A DNA stretch of 62,429 nucleotides, the filler included, from Chlamydiales bacterium (lineage in GTDB: Bacteria > Chlamydiota > Chlamydiia > Chlamydiales > JACRBE01): the NCBI GenBank assembly GCA_016213235.1. It is 4 parts of 4 records of this genome, joined end to end, with 100 filler letters (N's around TTAATTAATTAA, not from the genome) between each part and the next. Parts side by side here need not be neighbours in the genome. Positions count along the whole stretch, not along the records: positions 1 to 21,298 come from JACRBE010000005.1; 3 more parts are not named here. One strand, given 5' to 3'. The notes below the pieces were generated by a model. That model saw only the letters and a program-made list of their open reading frames with translations, did no database searches and was not told where the DNA came from. Both the position numbers and the translations under genes were made by a program. Shown here in pieces: positions 1 through 9,000 of the stretch; positions within the stretch are counted from its first letter, which is position 1, and each line of letters starts with the position of its first letter.

Positions 1-3000
1 AATCTCCTCATTATCGATTGCTTGTAAAACGTCGGAATCAAGCTTTGCAAGTTGTGTTCCACTTAATTTGCGAATTACTTCCAAATCTTCTATACGCAAT
101 AATTTTACCTGTTCTTCCGATAAGTGCTTGTATTGATTATCTGTAATAGCGCCAAAACACGTTTTCGGTAATCGCCGGATTAATTCTTCATCCTCCATAG
201 ACGTAATTTGCTTATCACTTAAATATGCTAATTGCTCATCTGTCAGTAGTGTCAATAGAGCATCATCTGGTATTTTCTGAATGATCTCCTCATCATCGAT
301 TGCTTGTAAAACGTCGGAATCAAGCTTTGCAAGTTGTGTTCCACTTAATTTGCGAATTACTTCCAAATCTTCTATACGCAATAATTTTACTTGCTCTTGT
401 GTTATGTGTCTTATTTGTTCTTGAGCCATGTGCTTCATTTGCTCTAATGTAAAATGTGGCACGCACTCTTGCGGTAGCCTTTGCAATAAAGGGAAATCTA
501 CAACAACTGATTGCACCTGGCTGGGAGATAAACACTTCAAACTCCTTTGATTAAGCAAAGATAAACATGGTGGTGGCAATCTTACAATAAGCTCTTCGGT
601 AACAATTTGTTGAAAACGTTTTTTTACTTTCACTGCAAACATAGAATCTGCTTGTGCTGCAATGATATGCTCCCATTGCGCATCCGACGCATATGCAAGT
701 TGATTGTCAGAAAGACCTAAAAGGAGACTCGGATCCATCAGCCCCAAATGAGGGGTCATTTCAGGATCAATATATTGTATTTTTATACGAGGAACCTTTT
801 GAAGCAGCGCCGGGTCCTTTATTTGTCGATATTGATCGTCTGTAAAAGAACGAAGCATAGACTCTGGTACATGCTCTGCAGTTAACATCGCTATGCTTTC
901 ACCGGGAATAGCTCTAATACAATCATCTCTGGTTACATAAGGCACCTGAGATACTTGTATATACCTCATTTGTGACGCTTCTAAATAAGGCACCAAGTCA
1001 TTCGGTAAAGCTTTTATCTGCCCCGGTGTGTTTAGATGTTTTATACTCTCTTTATGATGTATCGTAAGTTTTGCGATCTGTTCAACGGTTAACCGCCTGA
1101 CACCCCTTCCTCTAGTGTTCTCTATGTCATCATCACGAATAGGCATCATATCCTCTGCACTTGCAGATAAATCCTCCAGCATGGAAGTTGCCTCATCTTC
1201 CTGTCCTAAGATGTTTTCTAAAACATCTCTTTGCAATAGATATCGATAAATAATAGGCTTATGGCTCTGATCTGCCTCCGCTCTTAATTTCAAAAATCGT
1301 TGTTTCAAAGCGGTGAGATCTTCTTTTGACGATACTCGTGTGTCAAGCCATACCACATACTCATTCATATGTTGCAATAAATAGTCTGTATTAGGTGATA
1401 AGATAGACATCTCGGTAAATATACGACCTACTTCAGAATCTGTTATATCAAAATTCGTGATATCCCCGGCCTGTAATTCTCCATTTGGCATAGCAAGCCA
1501 GACATCCTTCAGGTGATTATCTCTAATGTATTCTTTAAGCTTTTTTGCCTGATATTGCGATACGATAACACCACTGTGCGTATCTGATTCTTTGACGATT
1601 AAAATGTATTCGAAAGGTCTCATCTTCTGATCAAAAATTGTTATATTTTCCTCATAAGGATGTAAAAAATCCTCCGTTGCCATCAAATGGGAATGAAATA
1701 TCTTTCCGTAAGGTTTTTTATATCTTGGAGAGGAAAATGCCTCGCACATCTTATTTGCTATAGGATCTACAGCTTCCCCGCCTAATTGTTTTCTTAAGGT
1801 TGTTAAAAAGATTGCTGCATTAAAGGGATTCCCTACAGGATGAAGCTTTCTCTTGCTCTGCATAGATTCTAATTCAAGCTGCAGCTCTTGCTCCAAATTC
1901 ATATCAACTTCATTTTGCACTTCTTGCTGTACTTGTCTGGCAACTTCCATCTCCATGCCCGCTTGCGCTGCGCAATCCGCTTTCTTTTCCACAGAGAGCA
2001 ACAGATGTTGCACAAACCTTTCTTGAATATTCTCTGCATGAGCTAAAATCTCCTCTTGCTTATCACGGATTCTACCCAAAATCTCCTCTTTATCCGTTAC
2101 GCCGGCTTTTGATAACGAATCTTCCAATGCATCCAGTATACTTTTTTGTGTTAATCTCAAACTATCCATGATGGGAACAGGTTTCTGTAAACTACCTAAA
2201 TCGCGATAGGGTTCATCCTCCATTGGCGTATATAAAGCAGGATAAAAACCGCTTACAAGTTTCTTAAGCAGATCTTCATTGTCAGCGCAGGCTTCAAGCT
2301 CCATGAACGCCTTTTTAGCCTCCTCTCTTGCTGCATTGCCAAGCATTCTTGTAAACGCTTTTACCATTTTATTTGACCTCTGATGCACTTCCATCACAAT
2401 TGCCTGGTGTATAATCGAAAGTAGAACATCTTTTGATGTTTGAGGATCACCTGCATCACACCCCTGTACTAATTCAATAAACGTCTTTCCAGGAACAACA
2501 CTTGGCATGCTCTCTGCAGCATAAATAGGTATACCCATCACTATTTGTTGACCTTTGAGAAGCTGTCTCATCCTCATCCATCCTTGCGTCGCATCACTTA
2601 AGGATACAATAGGATCATAAGAAGATATATTAATTGCATCCGGCAGCTGCTTCACATCAGCGCCTGTACAATGCCTCTTGTCATAAAAGATAAAGTAGCG
2701 ACCCGGAGTAAGACCGTGTTTTCTTAATTCGTGTTCTGTTGTATCTCGAATAAACTCTGGCTCAGCCATCCCTCTTCGTATAATCGCAGGATAATCCGCT
2801 ATACTCGATCCATTGCGTCTACAAAATACAATTACTGCATCTATTGCAGGTTTCCCTGTTTTTTCAGATACTTCCTGCAATACCTCTAAAAACATCCTTG
2901 CAATATGAATGTTATCATGATTCTTAAATACAGCCCCTATATCCAACATACCACTTACCCGGTGCCAATCATCAACAGATAATTGCTTAAAACATTCCCG

Positions 3001-6000
3001 AAAAAAGGCTTCAGGTTCATCATTTGCTGTAACAACTACTTTTGTTTGTTTTGTTACAATAGCACTTACTACTTCGGGGTTTACCGTACCATTAAGGATA
3101 TTGTTACCTTCCCGTTGTAAACTCAGGTCCATGATAAGAGGATCTGGTGTTCCACTGAAACCATTGAATTCACCAAGCATAGAAACAAGCCCGATTGCGT
3201 TTCCATTTAACATCTCTTCGTGGTAGCGGACATATTTATCAATAGTCACCTGTTCAATGATAAACCGTTTGGCACAGTCCTCTTTCAATTGCGCTTTTAC
3301 TGCTTCAAGTTCCTTTACAATATCTCTTGGTAAAACACCAAAATAGCTCATACATGCTTTAGCAGGTGGTGTTTGTTCATATGGTATATGTTTATTCTTG
3401 AAAAACCAGATCGCCTGTTTATGGTACTCATCAAAAAAATCGAGGATCTGCTTATCGTCTACTCCGGCTATCACACTCGTAAGCAGTTGATACAATATCG
3501 CTTCATAGTGATATCCAAATTCATTTTGTGAGGGAGTATCTGCACAAATAAACGGAATAACCTTCCCCGTTTCCTCTTTTTTTCTGCTACGTCCAAAATT
3601 GGCATTTCCTACTTTTGTTAAAACAAAGGGAAGCATATCACAAAGAATATGTCTGGACAGTGCAATCAGATCAGCCGCTTTCTTTGCTTCATTATCTTGT
3701 GATTTGGCAAGTCCATTGCGCAGGCGTTGCACAAACTCAAGGTCTTCCCGATCAACTGTCGTCCAATCTTCTCCTTTTAATTCCCCTTCAATGGCCTCTT
3801 GAATCTCTCCTCTTATTTGTCCCGATGAATACCTTTCAAACCCTTTTCTCTCTTTTTCCGTATCTAGTTTAAGGTATTGTTTCTTTACCAATATTTTTGC
3901 TATTTTTGGAACAAGATATCTTGTAAAAAGTGAGCAAGAAAAATAACACTGCCTATTATCTTGAATTTTGATGATATCGGCAAATGCGTATTCATATTCA
4001 CTGGAATCCCCTTCCATAGGTAGGTGAAGAGCTTCGCACTCTTCTTTTGTAAATAAGGCTCTCCCTTTCTGAATAATCGATAAGATATCGCTTGCCAATC
4101 GTACATGTTTTGGATCAACTGCCTTATCATCGCCAAGAGGAAAATTAATCTCTTTCAGAATATCCAAAATGGTATGCATCTCATCGCTAAAGGCAACGCC
4201 ATCTTTTTTTAATAGCTGAAATATCTCCCTTAACACATTTAATTTCTGTTGTAATCCATCAGTAGCATTGGCAGGATGCTCTTTTGGCAGAAGAAACCAA
4301 TCTCTCAACAGTGAAAAATATTCCAGTTCTATGATTTGAAGTGTTTCCGGACAGACAAGAAGTGCCGTTGGAGAGAGAAAACGATTGGATTCCTGAATAT
4401 CCTTTAGAGTCTTTAAGATATTGGTTAGCACAGGTAACGTAAGATCTTTCCTGGCATAATCAAATGTTTCTATCTTCATGTGAAATGCATCATGAAGTGT
4501 CTTTTTAAGCTGCTCAAATAAGCTTCTGTATTGGAAAGAAGGGGTGATTAAAATAGGAATTTTTCCTTTAGAAATGGTTACCTGAAGTGTGTTTGGTGCA
4601 AAAATAGAGGTTTTTCCTTCCCCCATTCTAACCTGAGCTATTTTATTACCACGATTTACACCAAGTAATCCCTCTAAAATCTTAGCCTGGTCCGGATCTT
4701 TTCTAAACATTAAACCGGTTGTATATTCAAAAACAAGGAACTGTGGATATTCTTCTATTGTATAGTTTATACTCTGCGTGGCAATACCTATCAAATCTTC
4801 CAAATCCTTTACAACAGTGATATTGGAGACTATTCCTAATGCTTCATCCATCACCTGATCTGTAGAATTCATGCCATCTTTTTCCATATCAGCAGCAAGT
4901 GTATGGTAAGCTGAGGCCATCCTCTGTATTTGCTTTGCTTCAATCGAGCGATGTAAATACACACCTGTTTTATCATATAGTTCCTGGATATTTTCATTAC
5001 TTAGCGCCTGGTTTGCTTGATGAAAAGCCTCTGCATTTCCAAGAGAAAAGAAGAATACCAGATCAGGGATCGTAAGCTCTTTTCTATTCCCTGCAACAAC
5101 ACTGAGAGAGCAGCTTATATCTATACTTTCATCCCCTACCTTGCGATTTGCAAGCTCGAGCAACTCCCTTTCTAACCCTTGCACATCATCGCATGCATCC
5201 CTTTCCCAGTCTTTTAGTTTTTGCGCCTCTTCTTCTATTTGGAGGCGACTTAAACAAGGAAACTTAAACTTATTATCATTGGCTGCAATTTCTCTATACC
5301 CCTGTGAAAACGCAGCGATTTCCTGTTCTATTCCGGATCTATAACTATCAGACTCTTGCTCTGTTAAAGGAACGGACAGCTGCAATAGATCTGCCTCAGC
5401 ATCTATCACTCCCACCGTATATGTTGCTCTAAATCCACTCTCTTTGTTACCAAGCAACCACTCTTTTGCATTTTCTAGGGAAGAAACCCAATCGGGCTCT
5501 CGTGTGATCCAACCACAGTGCAGGGCAAGTCGTGGACTCTCTTTTAACCTGGATTCGATAGGAATAAGATGATGTACGTTTAATGTTGATTCGCCCTCTT
5601 CTTCATCGTTTCCATGATGGTAGATGCCTGATAAGCAAAGAGTGTCTTTTTCTTTAAAGCTATAATGTCTCATTACAATGGAAACCCAGTCGTTAAAATA
5701 CTCTCCTGTCCATGTAATAAAATCAGGAAATGGCAGCTTTACACTGCTAAGCAATATCCCAAGAAGAAACACTATCTCCCTATAGGAGCTCTCTTCTTTA
5801 TCATGTGGTATATTTGTTTGTTTAAGATGATTGGAAAATATATAGATGAGCTGCTTTCGTCTCTCTTTATTTTGAAGAGATTTCTGTACAAGGTCATAAA
5901 GAATATAAAATCTCTCTTCTTTGTTATAGCGTTTGTGAAGTTCTTCATTTAAACTAATGAGATCCAATGAAAGGGGGATATTGCCTAAATCGACAGCCTG

Positions 6001-9000
6001 CATATGACATAGTTTGTGGATTATATCTTCTAGTTCTATCTCCTCTTTAACATATGAATGAGCCTCTTTTCCATTAATGAATGGAAGAGATGTCATCTCA
6101 CCGGAAAGGATTTTTCTACGATTGGATAAAATGGGTAAACTAAAGTTATCTTCTTCTAGAGGCGGGATATTTTCATATATAGACAAAAGAAAGTGTTCCT
6201 CTGCCAGAGAGAGTCTATATTTTTCTTCTATATTTCCTAGCTGTCCAAGATACTCTTGATAGCACAATAACAATTTTTTTAATCGCATATCACGATCATC
6301 ATCATTTTCATCGCCTTTAAGCATTGACTGTTTATTCAACAAATATTGCTCTCGCATCTTTATCGCTATCACAGGAGGAGAAAAATCCTTCAGTCTCTCC
6401 GGCAGTTGGACGAGCATATCCAAGACTCCTCCTTGACCATCTAGTTCACACGCAGAGATCTGTGTTAAAAATACTACCACTTCCTGATATTTCCTTTGTC
6501 CAAGCATGATAAATGCTGCAGAGAGTAGTTGTTCCGTTGTGACGGGATCAAAGTGATCTCCTTTTAGAGGAATCATGGTATAGGTTCTGCTTAATGCACG
6601 TTTTTCTTCAATGTAATCATCAAACTCTTTTGGTTCCAAATTTGCATCGGCAACATCTAATTGCGCGCCATGAGCAAGCCCCGGCACAGGTCTCTTTTCA
6701 CTGTTGTAATAATTAACATTTGGCACTAGCGCCACCAACTTGTTACTTTCCATATGCTCTAAAACTAAAAAAGACTCAAAATGATCTAGAATAGATTGAG
6801 ATACATCCTCTTTTAAACGGTAATGACGATCATGCACCAGTACAAGTCCATCTTGTGTACGTTGAAAAGTAAGAGGAGAACCATCTTCATTTTTGTAACG
6901 GGTAAAAGTAACGAAAATATCAGAGCCTTTCTTTTCCTTTACGATAAACAACGGATTGTCAATATGGGCGTTTGTCTCTGCAAACGCTGTCCGATGAAGC
7001 GGCTCTAATGATCCAATTTCTTCTAGCGTATCCTGATCATTAAAGATGCAAATTCCACTATGGCCGTCAAGAATACCGTATTTTACTTTCTGTGTTGATT
7101 GATCACAAATGTAGATACCATCTTCACCTATCCAATGCGTATGATCTGTAATAACAGAAAGGGGAATATCTCCCGTCCAATGATAAGAGGATGGAGTCCC
7201 CTCAAGAGCTACATGATACTTTTGTGCAACAGCTCCTTTATTGATAGCTGTGCACCATTTGCCATGGATATTTTTTTGTAAAACGATAGGAAGAGTGCGA
7301 TAAGAATCATCTCGCTTTCCTAAAGAAGATGCAAGGACTCGAAATTTTCCAAATTTTTCGTCTTCAAAACAGATCCAGGAGCCTACCAGTCTAAATTCTT
7401 GCAGTCTATCTCCAAATATTGCTCTATATTGCTCATCATCGATGATCTTCTTTTTATCTACTGTATCATTGATCAGCTCCCCATTTTGTAATAAGACACC
7501 GGTATATAGATCTATTGTGAAGACATCCCCATCCCCATCGCTATCCCTGATTTGAAATACAAAACTGCTTTGCCGCTCTATGGTTTTATTACCGGACATT
7601 CGAATATGAAAGACATCTTCTATTATACCTGGCAACGCATCTTGAATATCTGAAGGATCAAAATCTTCCGATGATAAAAATCTTGAACCAACATAACAGA
7701 CCATTTTTTCCAAATAATCAGTATCCCAATTTGCACCTGCTTTTGATTGAATAAAAAGATAACTTTGTAACAAGTTGATTTTTTCTTCGAGAGAGCTCCC
7801 ATTACTGCTACTACTTGATGAGGAACTTTCTATTGTCTGTCTATATTGGTTTTTACCAAGAAGAAAAAGAGCTCGATGCAAATGCAAGACATATCGATCT
7901 TTTTTTTCAAGTTCCGGTATTTGCAACCATCTATCTATCTCTCCTATTCCCTCTTCTAATCTTTGTGCAAAAACATCTTCGCCTGCTCTTTTGGCAAAAG
8001 GAATTAATAAAATAGCATATTTAATAAACTCTAATACAATAGGCAAGCTCTCTGAATTAATGTTCTGTGCAAAAGTCGATTTTCCTTGTTGTATAAACTG
8101 AATAAACGCTTCCTGGAATTCCGGTAATTTTATTTCCGAGTCAAATGGCCCTAAAACCTCATACCCACCATCTCTACTTCGGATAACTGATTTAAATAAC
8201 TGATTTTCAAACGCACACCTAAACTGTTCTTCTTTAAACGCTTCTATATGATACAACCCTTCATATAACAGCTCAATTGGTCGTAATTCATCCACACTAC
8301 TGGGATGATAAAAAAAATCACACTTTTGTTGTTTAGATAACAATACGAAGGCTTCGAAATTTTCTTCCGTGTCTCCATCTTCTAATTTATCAACACCCCT
8401 TTGAAAAATGTTCCTACGAGGTATATCATTCATCACACCGCGGCTAATGTAGCTGTTATAAACTTGCCTGTTTTCAATCCTTGATTCAAGAAAGTATTTC
8501 CATCCCTTACTATAGTCAAGCCTCCCGGCTCCTACTATAAAATCACCATCGTAGAAACTAGTATCAACAGGTTCTAACCCATCATATCTATCAAGGGATA
8601 CCTTCTCTGTTTCAGACATTTGCAAGTAGTTAATAATGTGATGAGCCTGCCTTAAAAAATATAGATGAACCCATCCAAGTGTTTTAAAAATAGATTGATC
8701 AAATGGTCGTACATCACGCAACAACTCAACTAAAAGACAACTCTCTTGAGAAGCTGCCTTCCCTTTAGCATCTTTCCAGCTCATCGTCCGTCTGCTGCCA
8801 TTATAGACATCAAGCAATTCCCTTTTTCTCTCTTGTACTACCTTGTATAATATGGTTGGCAACGCCCCTTCCAAATCTTGTTGGTTAGAAAGAGGTACAG
8901 AGTAGTTAAAGCCTTCATTAAACATATCTGAAAACGTAGACCTCTGATGGTCAAAATACTCTTTAAGTTGTAACATTTTGTCATACTCATCTGGACAAAA

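Noticed and set aside
2..390. Direct repeat considered as a CRISPR array or IS end
   Set aside because: 107-bp unit with an in-frame 282-bp period inside coding sequence; no spacer array, cas gene or transposase.
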